Part shown: one piece after another, positions 26,503 through 42,100 of the stretch
Numbering within the stretch: position 1 is the stretch's first letter
How the letters are laid out: each line of letters begins with the position of its first letter
Source: Phoronis australis
Taxonomy: Eukaryota; Animalia; Phoronida
DNA length: 64,000 nucleotides
Direction: 5' to 3'
Assembly: GCA_002633005.1 (NCBI GenBank)
Contig: NMRA01000035.1
Span: forward strand, 959,059 to 1,023,058
Notes under the pieces: generated by a model
What the model was told of the DNA's origin: nothing
What the model saw: only the letters and a program-made list of their open reading frames with translations
Databases searched by the model: none
Translations under genes and position numbers: made by a program

Positions 26503-27143
26503 TTACAAAGCCGTCATGTCGTTATTCACGTCTGCCGGCTCATCATCCATACTTCGTAAGCTTTCATCCAGCATATTTTCTAACGATTCGACCAATCGTA
26601 AGCCACGGTGCATAGTGCTCTCACCAATAACTACTTCTACATTTTCTATTTGTGCTATGTCCGTACTAGATTCAGACTGGCCACTCTTAGAACGATCTGC
26701 AACAGACCCAGTCAAAGTCAGTCTAACGATGTGATCTTCGCTAGCACTGGATGGTGTTGAAGCTGCTTCTGTCGTGGTTGCCGCAGAAGTTGTTGGTGTA
26801 GCGTCCACAATAATAGAGTGGACTGTCACTTGATTGCTGTTGATGGCTTGCGTCGTTTCTGCACCCTCGTTAGTATTTGCAGGCAAAGTACTATTTCCTG
26901 GCACAATGGGGGAAGAACTTGTGTTCTGTGTGGCAGCGTTAGTAACACTGTTGTTTTGTAGTGTTGTATTAGCATTTGTCTGAAGATTATCTGAACTGCT
27001 GGGGCCACTACTTGGCTGAGTGTTGTTTATGACCAGAGGTGGTCGAGGGTGAGCTCCTGTACCCACAGTGCCCAGGTGAGACCTGTAGGTAGGAGGTCTG
27101 GATGACGGATACTCATCGCTGGCGGGAAATGTGATATGGATTC
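26503..27143 (-). CDS. PPxY two-TM gene, last coding exon (RPPTYRS...MTAL*)
   Basis: tttcag acceptor; 216-aa ORF ending in TAA. Confidence 0.85.
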
Positions 27144-30100
27144 CTGAAAACAAAAGGTAATGTGAAAACTTTTTTCCCCGACAAGCTATCTGTGACTACA
27201 ACCTCCACACTACAATCCACTCACTCAAACAAACGCATACCCTTACACTTCCAACAAAGAATTGGAACCCTGTAGTTTGTTGTATTAGGCTGACGCCCAA
27301 CTCTCCACTGTCAACCCAAATGAATATGGTACACTATCTCATACATCCACTGTATCAAATGAATCCAGACAACAAATACTTAAAGTACTGCAGCAACGAA
27401 CCACTCTTTCATCTAGAAAAAAGCACCTTAGGATATAAGACCATGCACTTACATCTTTGAAATCACTGTTAAACACAGTTTCTTGCCATTGTTCGTAGGT
27501 AATATAAAGACCTCATTCAAGTATGGCAGTTTCGTCCAAATTCAATGAACAATAAATGCCGAGTCATCGCAGCACACTGTTTTGGTGAAATTCACAGAAT
27601 TTCAGTATGTAATGGTTGACAACACCTGACCCGTGACCACCAAATGGTGTGGCACGTTTTGTTAACTGTCACATTTCATGCAATATGATTGGTCAATTTT
27701 CAAATTGAGTAACACGTAACGTTTAGTCACAGTCTCATGCAAGACTAAGCAAATCCTTTTCGAGTGTTCATTTGAATTTGAGACTATGCAGGTACAACTG
27801 TATACATTCAGTCTACAATGCAAAAACATATATAGACCAAGATAACTCCCCAGGTACTTAGGGGAAAATATCTTCTACTTATTTTTGTAGCGGAATTTCT
27901 GAAATTTTTGCAATTCCATCATATCATGTTCAAAATTGGAGAGACTTGACAGTACTTGTATCAGAAATAAAGTCCCATTAAGAAAGAGCTCCCATGAAAC
28001 TAGGCACGACAGCAATTCAAAATCCTCTAGAGTGGCATACCTGGCCGTACACTGGCTTGTGACCTGTAGGTGGGTGGGGGAGAGTTGGGCAGGGAGCCAT
28101 CAGGGGCGGGGCTGGTCTGGAGCTCAGCGGCAGCCATCATTTGCTGTTGGTAGTCATGCATGGAGGCATTGTAGGAGGGCGGCGGGCGGCGGTAGCGGAA
28201 TTCCGGATACAACACACCTATAAAAAAACAGAAAGTCAATAATTACAGACGTTTTCACTGTCATTCAACTCTGAGGTGTGTAGTTTTTCAGTGTGTAACA
28301 CTTGAGAGCAAAAATTGACATCGAATCGTGACACTTCATTGTATAAAGTGAATGAAAGCGGCAACATCCATTGCACACAAGAAGCAAACTTCGACTTAAA
28401 TGTCTCCTCGCTATGAAATTGCCCTCAACTTGTACCTTACTCAGATGAGAAGTGATTTCAGGCTGATCTAAGAACCGACAGTTTGTTATTCCCTGAAACC
28501 ATGCTCGGTACATAAAATGTCTCGCTGTGACAAACCAACTCGTAGAGCGCAGTCGAAAATAATAACAACCAGTTCTTTTGAAGCCCCGAAATCACTTCCA
28601 AGTTGACTACAGAACAATTCGAGACAAATTTTTACGTGGTAGCAGTCTAAATCAAAAGTCACTTTAAGTGATGGAAGGGTAGGTGGGTGGGGGGGGGTTA
28701 TAGCCCCTTTAAATGTAGGCAATTGTAAAGTGTTTAATTCACAAGTATGACAGGTGAAATATCAAAGTTTTTCTCAGTGTCACATGACCAACTGTATCTC
28801 ATCTGTCACCTAAAACCACCAGCCCATTATCTAGGGTTCAACACAACTTTATTTGGAAAGCATACACTCAGGGGTAGATCCAAGATTTCGAGATGGGGGG
28901 GGGGGCTGGGCAGAGTATTATCCAGCATTTTGCCGCCAGACGTTTGCACCCCCCAAAACTGCCAAATGGAGTTTAGAATTTGGGAGGGGGAGGCATGGCC
29001 CCCTTGGCCCTACCCAAAGTCCGCCACATATACTTGCCTCTCTTTACGTCTGCAGTAAAATTTCTGCAATGGCACAGCAAGGTCGAGTTCAATAACACTA
29101 GTACCTCACTAGAAAAGCAAGATCTCGCGAGATTTCATGAGACATTGCCATGTGTTTTCAACGAGAGCACATGACTTTGGCTAGATTTTTCTTGCCACGA
29201 GACAGCTATTGAACTCAACTCAGGTTGGCAGTGAAGAAAGTAAATGCCAAAAAAAGAGTACACACAAAAGTCACACAGGAAGTTGACCTTTGTCTGAAAG
29301 ACTGCAACTTTCCAGGATGACCTCTGGATCATGTGACACAGGGTCATTGGCCAAGAGGTCATACAAATATCAAGGGATCAGTAAACAGAACAATAGGTAA
29401 AAGAATAGGGAAATCTTGCACATCATGTCAATAATTTCTCAGCTCAGTGATCTGTAAATGTGCACAGTATATCAAAACAACCTATTTACTTTGAAGTTGT
29501 GATAGCTGACTATTTTGCATTCTCGTATTTGGCATTAGACAGGACAACATGCCTGTCATTACATATATTACGGTAAACAACAGAATCACAGACTAAATCA
29601 ACAGTGTCATAGTCACAACTTGTAACATAATGAACTGGGATTTGAGTTATGAAGTTCATGTCATCACTGAAGTTCATAAAACATGTACGCAATAGCCGAC
29701 AGGAGGACTAGTCATAGCTTTTATTGCCTACTGCCACCCAACCATCCATCAAACCCCTGACCCAGACATAAAGGTACAGACATGCCAATCAAAACATAAC
29801 TATTAATGCTGTTTTAATTAAGCGTATACAGCATAATTCATCCTCAAGAAATGCAAGGCAAGTCTGGGTGTCAGTAAAAGAAACATAGTGCACAAGTTGA
29901 GATTGATTACGCATCCTTGTAGCTAAAACAATTAGTCTGTATGTAACTACAGGTAGTATCTAAAATCAACATATAGGTATTTGGAAGAAAGTGGTGTACC
30001 AAGCAGCAAGCATCAGATGGGTAATAAACAGGTCATGTTTTAATATATTACAAGATAGTGAGCTAACAGGCTATCATATCAGTAATATGTGATATCCCAG

Positions 30101-33100
30101 CGGAAAGGCAAAGCTTTGTGAAACCGAAATTTAAATGAGGTAACCAGGGCACTGGGGAAACTTTGCCTAGCACAACAAGGAATAAACACCAAGTCTAATT
30201 TAATCAAAAGTTAACTTTCAATCTGTTGTTCATGAAATTATTATAGGAACAGTACATTGTAAAGGAGAATGTCCTGGAAATTTCCAATTTTTAATGATTC
30301 AATAATCATTACAGTCGATGACAATTAAAACTGCTGTCCAGTGTCAACCCAGTAATGATATGACTGGGTGCATATTTGGCACATATGTACTTGGTCCTAG
30401 TCTGTCAAATATTTGCCTCCTAACAGCTTAGATATTTACGATGGCAGATAACTTTAAGCTGGGTATGCATTCCTAAAAATATCTCATTTTTTGATTAACC
30501 AAAATAGTTTCCTGCAATAGGACACCAGATTAGAAAGCTTTAACATCTGTTCATTATCAAGATCCAGATGTGATGTCCAGTAAAAGCCCGAGATGAACAC
30601 ACCTTATTAACTTCCATGTGTTTTTTCACAACAAACCACACAAAGGGCCTCACAGTATCAGCGAGGTCACAACACAAGTCATAAAGGCAAAACTGGCAAC
30701 TTAACAGATAATACTTCACTCGGAACACTTCCAGAGAGCTTTCAGCCAATTAGTGCAATTCTTTATAGTAGTAATTGTACCACATGGGAAAATTAGCCAT
30801 AATTACAGCCTACCATTTAACAGTTGTCTCTTAACGACATGTAAAATGAAAATGGAGACCAATTAGATGATATACAAATTTTCACAAAAAACTGTGATGT
30901 CCATCTAGTGTCATCAAAATTAATGCTTTTACCGGCAATACCATAAAATCTCACTAATTTTCCACAAAAATAATTACCAAAACTGCTATTTTTCATGTTT
31001 AAGTGTTTTTAATGTTGTTGTGAATGGCTACACTTTCTAAAAACATTGCCGGTAAATAGAGTATAGAATTTTAAAATAATAAAACATTCACTTGGTGCTA
31101 CTTAGATTTTAGGAAAATGGCAAAAAATGAAATTTCACTTGTGCGACACATTCCATCCTAGAATGGAGATTTTACTGTAACAGCAACAAATTTGCTCTCT
31201 TTTTTCAACGATTGCACAAAAACTAAGAATATCTTAGAGTTGAACAATAAAATTCGTAATATTTGCAGTTCAAACGTATCAGCCAACTGGACATTGGGAT
31301 GCAGTTGTTTCAAAATGCTACAAATACCTTTACACTGAAGCGATCACAGCAAGGATTCCCAATAATCTGAGAGTGTCAACCATGGGTGTTATGGGTAACA
31401 CTCAGCGTCCCAGTTGACACCCAGCAATAACAAAAAAAATCTATACAACATAACAATATGCCACTTGATTTCCGTAGTTCCTAGACGACACACAATAGAC
31501 TGGGAAAACCCACTAATCAGTCATTTAGACTATATCTCATGTGAGACAATAGAAAACGTTTGGAACAAGCAAAAAATTAACTTAATCTCTTGCCATTATA
31601 AAATTGGTCTCAAGGTGGTCTTTCATCAGCTTAGTCGTGACACTTAAGTAGGTCATTAGCACATCACATCATGAAAAAGTAGTTGAGCAAGCTCAGAAAT
31701 GATATTTTAAGTGAGAAACCAACAGAGTACAACTTATATAAAAGCTTAAGTGGTCAAAATAAAATGTACTTTTTGACAGTTTGTAAGAGTTTTAGGAGAA
31801 AAGTCTCATTCTACGTGGAAGTACATTCAAACACATTACATCAAGTAAAATAATACAGTAATCCCCTTCAACCAGATCAATCGAAGAATATTTCGGAGCC
31901 AGACATCGTTTAAGCCAACCTGAAACCATGCTCGTCAGCTCGAATGGTACCAATTATTAAAATGACATTTGCTCCAGGACAAAGTGGCATCAAACATTAA
32001 ATTATGGTACTTGATACCTTCGACAGAAAGGCAACATAAGTAACACGATATTACGATGTGAAGTTTAGTGTTGCTTCTGAGCACAATCGGATTCATAAAA
32101 TGGGGTTTATTTAGGGAAAACATATCAGAGCCTGGAGTGCAATAGGCGAAAAAACTAAAATTTTGATGAAGAATTGTCAATAATCAAGTCAGGGTTGTTC
32201 CCAGGAGCACAAAACTCCCTCAGACAAAGTCATACGAACCTATGCCTTTTCTGACAAAATTAGCTATATGGGTGCCTTCCATTTTCCTATTTCAAAAATC
32301 TATACAAGGGTTTTTAATATTATCTACATATATAACTCTGAAGTTCCAATGTTCCTCTTTTGACATGTTATCTCATCTTAATGGGTTAAAATGACAGTTG
32401 CTTCCCGAATCTCCAGGGTTTAGGTTACTAAGAACTGACCCCAACGAAAAATTGGTGTTCGTGGAACAAAACCCTGAGGTTGACTTTTTCACAGCAGCTC
32501 CCTACAAACAGCCGGTTCCCTTGTTGAGTTCCGTCTATAAACGCGTGAGTATTCTAATTCTCTCGCTTCAACCCACTCGAGTAGTGAGCATCCCGTGGGG
32601 ATGTGCATGTTCCCTGGGGCACATGAAGTAGAAGAAACCTGCCTAATTTGTTGTATAACCTTGCATAAGTTCTATGCTTTGCAGATTTCATACAGGTTCC
32701 CCTGCTTCACATATGGTAATTTCAGATAAAACATGTTCCCAAGACTATTCTGTGCAGTAGAACTAGTTTCCCACCGAGCAGCAGGAGGAATGAAGATGCT
32801 CCTTTGTTATGTAACCTTGCATAGTAGACCTCACATGCTCTCCACTGTGTACTGACACATAAGTGACCTTAATTTTAGTAGATCAAAACTCCACCTCAGT
32901 GCAAAAGGTGAAATTTCAATAACAACAGCACAGTGACTTGACAAGAAACTGTATACAGCCATGTCATCAAGAGGGCTTGGATTTCTAAACAACTACCAGT
33001 TGTGTTCAGTGTTGGAGTCAGCCCATATAATTACTGTCTGACAGACTGGAGGGGAGGGGGGGGGGGCTATCTGCCTTTGCAACAACAAGTACACTACCAT

Positions 33101-36100
33101 GGAAAATGGAACAGCTGGGATCAAGCACTTCATCCAGCCGTGTAAACAATGACAGACACAGAGACACATGCACTCTGGGAACTTCACCAAATTAGTCCAC
33201 GTGGGCAAACTATTTGTGATGGTAGTCTATCATTCTTTCACCTCTATAACTTCTTTCAGCACATAGTGCAGTGAATACAATCAAAGTACATCAGGCAAAC
33301 AAATTTCACATATTTCCTATAATTTGCCTGAAGACGATCAGATACGAAGCAGGGTTTTTTTTATTATTTTGATAACAAGCACTGCTTTTAATCGCAAGTA
33401 CCATGCCATTCTTCCCCCAAGCCCAGAAATAACCTGAATAAAACCCAAACAGTGCAACGTCATCTCAACCAAAAGTTGGTATTTTTGACAGAAGCCGATC
33501 TCATTTAAGATGCTACTTAGAGAGGAGTAGCCAACAGCAGATGCCATTTTGAGCTATCAACAACTTAAGGTGATATGCTCCAGTAGGTAACACAAATAAT
33601 CCAAGTAAGAAATTTAGTTAAGATCTTAATTAATCTTTTCATTTTCAGGAAATTAGACTTACTTCTGCATTATAAACAGTTCTCAACAAAGACTTATAAC
33701 GATAATTTGTACGGTTAGTATTCTTCAAGTTGTCATATTACAGCAGACGAGTGTAATTTTAGTATATCAAATTAGTCAACAAAAATCAAAATTTAGACAT
33801 GTTAAGTTAATTATTATCTTGGGTACAGTTCAGTAGCTGTTGACATTGTTTCGTAATCAAAAGTGGTTTAAATCGAAACTTTTAATGTTATAACACAACT
33901 TCATAGCAGCCTTACCAACATAACCAGTACTTGAAAATAGAAATAACCATTTTAGTGGTGATTTCCTTGCAAAATTGAAGGACATCATCAAGTAATTTTT
34001 GTCAATTTACAGCCATTGCCATTTCCTTACCTCCAAACCAGTGTGGGGTTCGCTCGCGTCGTTCATGTTGGCCTCTCTCTAAGTCCGTCACGGAGGTGTC
34101 GTTGGAGAATACACCTAGACCAAACAACAGGTGACAGGGTTCGTGGTCTCTAGGTGTACAGCGCCACCCTACGATGACAACAATAACTAGCAGGATACCA
34201 AGGCCTGAAATAAAGGAAACCATACATGAACATTCAGACTGCACGGATCATATTTATAATAAATCTCCCATGACATGGCACATACGTGAGTAGCAGACGG
34301 ACATTTACAAAAAAAACATGCAGCACCATCTTTGAAACAAATAATGTTTTGGGTCATGTTTTGGAGTGAAATCCTCTATTATGGTTTTTAATATGTCAAG
34401 TTAGAGCTCCTTGTTACATAAAACGCCACGGACCAAATGGAAGATTCACCACTTTATTTGAATTTGCGTGTGTACGATTTAACACTCCTCCACACCTGCA
34501 TAACAATGGGACTGAGAAATCTGTATTACACTGACGTGATCTCGTGAACCTCATATTAGACCCATCCACTTCTGTATGTCATATGGTTCCTCTGAGTGAA
34601 CAAAACAAACCAAAGCAATTCTAGGTAATGGTACCCACTTCTAGTATTAAGTCACATACAAACAACTATGACACATCAGTTTCTGTATGCATTTAAATGT
34701 AAACAACACATACAATGAAACCTGTTGACACTCCATTTACCCTTTAGCCAAAGTCATTCAAGCATGTCAGGTTTTAGGCCTACAAAACTTGACTGTTTGA
34801 CAGAAGTGTAAAACTTAAAGTTTAATTTATGGTTTTGGCATGCACCTAATACCCCATTTAAACTAAAACCAATATTCTGCATGACTGATCATTTCTAATT
34901 ATTATCCCTGAGGTCTTTCAAATTGCTTGAATACACTTCAAGCTTCTACATTACAATTTGAAATGACAGGAGCCAAAACTATTAATAATCAAGTTGTGTC
35001 AGTTCAAGTTGGATCTGTCTGGAAGTTTCAGCTTAAAATCAAGACGGCAAATCCACTATTAATGATCCATTTTTACTCAGGTCTTTTCAGATTATTTGTA
35101 ATAGGCTTAGAGCCTACAACCAGAAAAATGAGGAATTCTAAATTATGTTCCTAATGACTGTTATGTCAGTTGTAAAAAGGTTGAAAAATCGATGACACGT
35201 TGCAGAATTCTCAACAACTAATTGTAAGAAAATGAAAAAGAAAATTGGAACAATCAATGTACGGGAAGAGCAGTAACCGAAGAGAAAAAACACTTTGCAA
35301 AAGCACCAACGTAGGGCAAAAATCATACTGCCAAGAATGTATTTCTCATCATAACACTTTCCTTTAGCAATTCAGGTGGATAATGTGCACGAACAAAACA
35401 GTAGATCAAATACATGTACCATCTCAATAATTTAAAAACAGGTCATCAGTATTCATTTGCTATTATGAAGAGCATTTTAAAGAGATTCATAGAATTACAA
35501 CTGTATTGACCAACAAGAAGTCCTACTGTGTTTAGCAAAGAAATCCTACACTAGAACATACAACATGATGAAAACCCCTTCAAGAACCTGGGCATGTAAT
35601 AATACCCATTCCTGGAATAATCACAACTATACATATAGAGAAAACCAAACACTTAAAGTGCATGCATCCAGGCACAGTTTGGATGTAGCTGCGCATATAA
35701 ATACTTCAAGTGGAGTTATGACCACAGACAACAGTGTACATACACAATTATACCAAAATATTCAAGGATCAATTGGTACTGAAACATTACCAGAGAGACA
35801 AGCGATTAGCATACCAGATTATCACATTCGTTTTTGGCCAAAACAGAAGCACAAACTTTAAAATTAGCACGTAAGTAAACAAAGACATATTGATCCCACC
35901 TTTCAGTTTATTCAGATTACCACACCAGCACAGAGATACTATAAACGTGGGCTGAACACAACATGAAAGCTGTGGTGTGTCTGACAAAACCACTACCTCC
36001 CAAGCGACGCTAATATTTCACAGGACCATATCTACAAGTATGTGCATTTAACAAATTATCTAGACAAGTATTAATTTCAACTCAGTACAAGTATACATTT

Positions 36101-39100
36101 TCTGAAAGAAAGGTGCAGAATTTGATTTTTCACTTTTTAGCAATCTATGGGCAATACCGTGAAAAGGTCAACCTTGAGACAAAAATTAAAATTGTGGCTA
36201 CACTAACATTTCTGGTCTCTTTTTTTCAGGACCTATATTTGACTGTTCTATAACTTTCAATTTTTTGCCTAAATGGACCCATTTTGGGAGTCATTTGACC
36301 CTAAAAAATTAGCTTGATTTTTATGTGTGTTGCTAATTATTGTCATAAAAAAGCTAATTATGGGTATTTCACTATACTATCAAATTTGTGCAATCACATG
36401 AACCCCAAACTTTATAAAAACATTTCAACTTTGGCACATCATCGACCTCTTACGGGTCAAAGGTCAACTCATGGATATCATGGTACCTTACCTCCGTCAC
36501 AAAAAAGTGTTAAAAAGTTTAGTTACGTTTAAAGTTTTTAATCAAAATTAAAATAATTTCAGATTCTCTTTTAACTTGTTCCTCAATACTGTTGATCAAA
36601 ATTCTAGATCCCAGGGATTATTCATTAAATCGGAAATTGCGTGACAGATGTACAGCAAATTTGTACATCTGTCACACCCATGAAATAACAATTTTTCAGC
36701 AAATAAAAGTAACCTTAGATCATATTTTTACTTTCTAAACTTGTTGAAGATAAAATGTATCACACACCTAAGAACTTTAAAACAATAAAATATTACAGAG
36801 GCAGCTTTAAAATTATGTGAAGAAGTTACTACACTATAAATGTAAATAAAACAAAATGCTAATTTAATGAACTTATTGTTTATCTGTTTTCACCCCATGT
36901 TTGTAAAGAACTGCTTAGCTTTTGGGAAATTCAAGATGCAAAAATACTCATACAAAAGAATTCCTAAGGTGCTCTAGATTGTAAATAACAAAACACCTAA
37001 AGGAATACATGTCAAGTTGCTATTGTGATGGAATGAACATGTTATTTCTGCTCTGACCTGCTATACTGTGTTTTGTGTTCAAAAAGCCAATACTCGGCAT
37101 TTTTAAGAGGTATTAACCCGTCACCTACTTTAATGGACGTTTTTGTCACACCCTCGCTGACTGTAGTCACTTCTTTTGAGTTTTTCTCTGAATTGAGTCA
37201 TTGGGTGGCTTGTATGAAATGATTCAAAGCAAATTATCTCATCTTACATATTTTGATCCCTCCATCTTTATAAGAATTCGACTAATTTTTTTTTTCTGCT
37301 GAGCTTCGAGGAGATTAAATCGGCGTTTAAACCAGAGCAAATTGTTGGAGATCATGAAAGAATGGGAGCAACTGGGAGAATAAATACGTGCCGAATATTT
37401 TTTGAAACTCGAAAAAAAAAAAACGCCATCGTGGATCAAGAAATTCATAATTGTACTTGTGCGTACTGTGATGTGACATTATTTAAAGCAGCCTCTCGAA
37501 GGCACGAGTTAAAGGGCTGGATGAAAACCTTATCATGCTAATCACTAAATAGAAACCAACATCTGATAAGTTATTTCTACATATTCCTAAATCATAATCC
37601 AATCTAATTAATTAAAAAACGTCTTGTTTTCAAACTGGAAGACAGCACAGGTGATTTGAATCAAAATATGAATGCCAAAAGTTGATGCTGTCTACTAAAC
37701 CATGCTTCACACTTTGTTTTAAGAGGATACTGAAGTCCTGTTTACTAATACGTTTAAAAAATCATCATGATTATTACTTACATGGCATGCATCAGGACCA
37801 TCAACAGCATGGTCCAGAGAATAATTTTCTGAAAGCTTAGGGCGAGTTATAATTTAAAAACAATTAATTAAAATGTGTTTTATGACAGTGATTAGTAATG
37901 TTTTAAACTTTATTTCAGGTTTTATATTTGACAGTCACATATACTTATTGGTTTTGAATTTGTATTCTATTTAATGCGTAAAAACAGGTTTTCCGGATAA
38001 CTAATAGCTTATAAATACAAAATGATTATCACTCTCATTTCCACCTATATGGCTTACCATCTTCAAAGGGAAGTGAAGATTTTAGGTGGTTGTTTTATAT
38101 CCTTAATCAAATGTATTGAAAAGCTAAAATCCTAGGTTATATTCCTAGCATAGACCTACCCGTGATGATTTCGTGCGAAAGGTCAATCGGTACATTTTAA
38201 TTAAAAAACATTGAATAAGTAGCAAAAGACCAATATAGCTTAAATATTTCAAAAGCTTGAATCATTTTGAGTTGATATCTTAGTCACAACAAATGATTTA
38301 CCGTAATACTAGAAATTCAGAGAATACGTCCGTCACGTACGTCTGTCACACTATCTCAACTTCTATCGAGCTGTATGACAAAATTTTCTTGAAAGATCTC
38401 ATCAAAAAAATTAGAGTGTTATACTTTGCAAATATTCTACTATATCATCATATAAAACAATAAAATGTAACTTAATGGAACTCACAGAAAATTAACGTTA
38501 AACATTTTTTAAAAAATTCAAATTCTCTGCGTACATCCGTCACACCCCTTTAAAGACAATTTTCTCAGTCAGATTAAAAGATAGGGGAAAAGTTGATACA
38601 TGCTTTGAAAGCTATCAATGAGACCTATCAATTGATGTATCAATTATTTTCCTATGATGAACAATTTTTTTACAATTGATCAAAATGTTCTCTGATTGTA
38701 CATCCGTCACAAATGGAATTGCCCCTATTATAAATTGGGTCGTGACCATGTCTTTTCAGTAAAATTTAGCAAAACAGAAATGCAGCTAAACAACGATATC
38801 AACTCACACGATCAAATATTATATGATATAAATGATCAAGGTGAAATATCAAAAAAGCTGTTACAGATTTCTAGAATATTATTTCATTTTCATTTATCAA
38901 CTTTAAAGATTTTTCAAGAAAATCATAAAAGTACTATTTTTTATAGCTCCTCACAAAAAAGTGGAACTTTGTTAAAACAATTCCTAACAGCATATTTGAG
39001 AATAGTGAATAGTGTATTCGAGAGTTTCATATGAGTCTAATCAGCCATTTCTGAGCTGATTTTTCCGAGGTTTGAAAAATTTAGCCATTTTGACAGGGTC

Positions 39101-42100
39101 CTACATAACTTTTAAGTCAGATTTCTAACTGGAAATAGCAGTCACCCCCCTAGCAGTCAACTTCTGTCCCATCAAAGTTATCACCAGATGCCACTGTTAT
39201 CATCAACAATTAGGGGCAGTGTCTTCACATTTAAAGAATCTTATTGTGCACGCTACGCATCAGCGCTACCTTACGATTATTTCGATGATAACAGCATCAG
39301 TTGTTTACTTTGATGTCCGTTAACGAAGCTGGTATGAACGGTTCAGTTAACTTCGCAGTTTATGGCTACGCTTTCCTCAGATCGAAGTTAAGTCAGTATG
39401 AAAGGGACTGAAAACTAGCAAATTGCAATGCATGCTTAGAGAAAACTTAAAACTTGCACTTGAATCACATGACGTGATTACTCATTAAGTTTCAGTGTGG
39501 CTCGAGCCCGTGTTCAGAGATCAGACCCTGTGCCACGGTGATCAATAAATACCAAGACTAAATTTTGTATCAACGCATTACTTCAGTTGACGTTTCATCG
39601 CCAGTGAATGCTGCACAAAAGTTGAAATCCAAGCACCACTTTGCTACCTCCATGCAAAGAAAGAAGAGCTAGTTTATTCCTAAGAAAAGCAATTACAGCA
39701 GAGCTAGTTCATCTTGAGCACACAAAAGTAATTCCATCATGTTCATAGACTTTGCATATCAAATGGTGACATGGGCAAATAATAGATCCATGCATATTCA
39801 AACAGAGAAATGCAATACAAACTACCCATGTGAAGTTGCATCATTACAAACAATAACAGCATCATTTCACACAGAATCCATTGATTAAATCAACCTATCC
39901 ACACACATTGTGCAAGATGTGTGGTGAACATTTAAGACGCAAGACCACCCACACACTCAAAATGCACATAGCTCAATGACATTTCTAATGCTGATAAATA
40001 ACTAGTCAACTTTCCAACAGTCATTTTGAAGTAGGAACAGTACTTCAGACTTATTTCCTTGACATCTGCTCTTTACTTCATGGATCTCGATAATAAAGCA
40101 ACAACGATATAACAAGAAGAGCATAGTTGCCAACTTTCCCCATTTTGGTGGAACTGTCCCAATTTTTGAAGCTCTTACTAAGTTCACACCAGTGACAAAA
40201 ACGGTAGCATTTTCACTGGCTATGAGAACGATAGCATTTTAGCTCAACAGACGAGCAGTCTGCGAAGGGGTCATTTTCGCCGACAGCTAGTTTGTTTCCT
40301 CAGCACCCACGCTGCTTTTAAAGTGAAAACTGATGTAAAACATGTTCAAAAATTTCTTCGTATAAAAATTCAACAGTGGCAGCTTATCACTTAACAAAAT
40401 ATACATATAAGTTCTAACACTGTAATTGGAATTTTGATAAACCTGTATATTTTTAAAAAATTATCTCACAGTTAAAACTTATTATAAACACATCACCTTG
40501 AATAACCCAAGCCCACAACAACTGGTTGTACGGTATGCTTACTTCCTTAGACCAGTAAGCTATGTGTTTCAGTGGCACTATTGCTTTGAATTGGTTGTCA
40601 AAACTTGCAGGTTAGTCGTCAAACACGTTTTATCGTGGCTGAAGATTCGCGCAAATTTTGGACCTTCAAAAAGCAGTTGTCTGGATTAAACACCAGATTG
40701 CATGCCATAGTTGAATAACAATCTCAAACTGAGAGGAGAGGATTCGTGATGAGTAAAGAATTCTCCTGCCATTTGCCAGGCCATCGAGGATTGTTGTTAA
40801 CGTCTCTCGTACTTCCATAGACATAACAGCAGGTCTATTTTGGCCTATAACCGTGATTTTTCTAATTTTGTCAAAACATTTTTCAGATAAATAGTGGAGT
40901 TAAGCAAATCTGCACATTACGCTTACCTCAAATCTTATTTATTGGCCTCCATTCTAACTCCTATATCAAAAAACAGGCTTTGTCAATTACAAAAAGTATA
41001 AATTTTCTGAAAGAATAAAGATCAGGGATTATAAAAATTGATGAGCTACTATCATTTTTACACCTAATTTTTAACAAAGGTACATCCATAGCAAAATAAC
41101 CCCTCGGTGAATTTTAATGAAACTTTTTTTAAAAAGAAAATTTCACCAGTTACCTCAAAAACACTGTTGGGAATTTTCGATTAGTCTTTTAGTTTGGTTT
41201 CTATGACAAATTAACAAAATATAATGTATTTTTTATAAAAAAACAGCAGTCATATTTGTCTTTGTTGCATTATGCAAAAATTAGGCCTTTATATCGAAAG
41301 TCCAAACAACGTTTTTGAGATTGAAGAATAAATAAGTTTGCACAGTTTCAACAAAATCCACTGAGCCGTTTTCGAGAACCAGTGTTCCTAAGTTCAAAGT
41401 AAGTAGATTTGTCGAAGCCGAGAAAAAGCCGATTAAGTTATGAGATGTGAAAATCTCAAGGTCTCCAGTTTATTACTCGGAGAAAACTTTCTTTCAGTCA
41501 ACATAACCTTAACCATATTCGTTATATCAACATTAACTCGCAATGTCAACTGAATTTGCAGTACGTAATGAACTTAATTATCACTAAAACGTTTGTACAT
41601 GGGGTTTCCTGTACCTCATGTTATCTAGGTCAATAGGCGGAGTTAACAGTCCGTAGGCCAACAGTTCATTGTATACACTGCACGAGCTGGGAGAATGGTA
41701 TAAAAAAAACAAATACGAGTGGTCGGTAATTAAAGTTGCGATGAGCACGAGATTGAAACAGCGAAATTTCAAATTACCGATCAAAACTAGGACCAATATT
41801 CCAGGATCAAAATAATGAATGTTGGAGAGGATTTATCTTGTAAACAACTTGCTGTGTTAGTGAACACTAAGTCACAGAGGCAGTTAAGCGACTCGGGCTC
41901 AGTTTATTCGTTCTCAACCATCATATGCATGCAAATGCACTCCCTCAGGATAAAAACGTTTTATCTTCATTTGCAACAGCACTTTCTATGCTATGTACAC
42001 CTGGTTGACTCAATATTATGGCGACTCCGTGAATGAAAGGACGGAGGGTACATACGAAACTGTTCTACGTCTGGCGCCAGGAGATTCGAGTTGAATGACA

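Noticed and set aside
33326-33355. CTGAAGA cgatcag... possible hammerhead
   Set aside because: Lacks GAAA and a pairable stem II.
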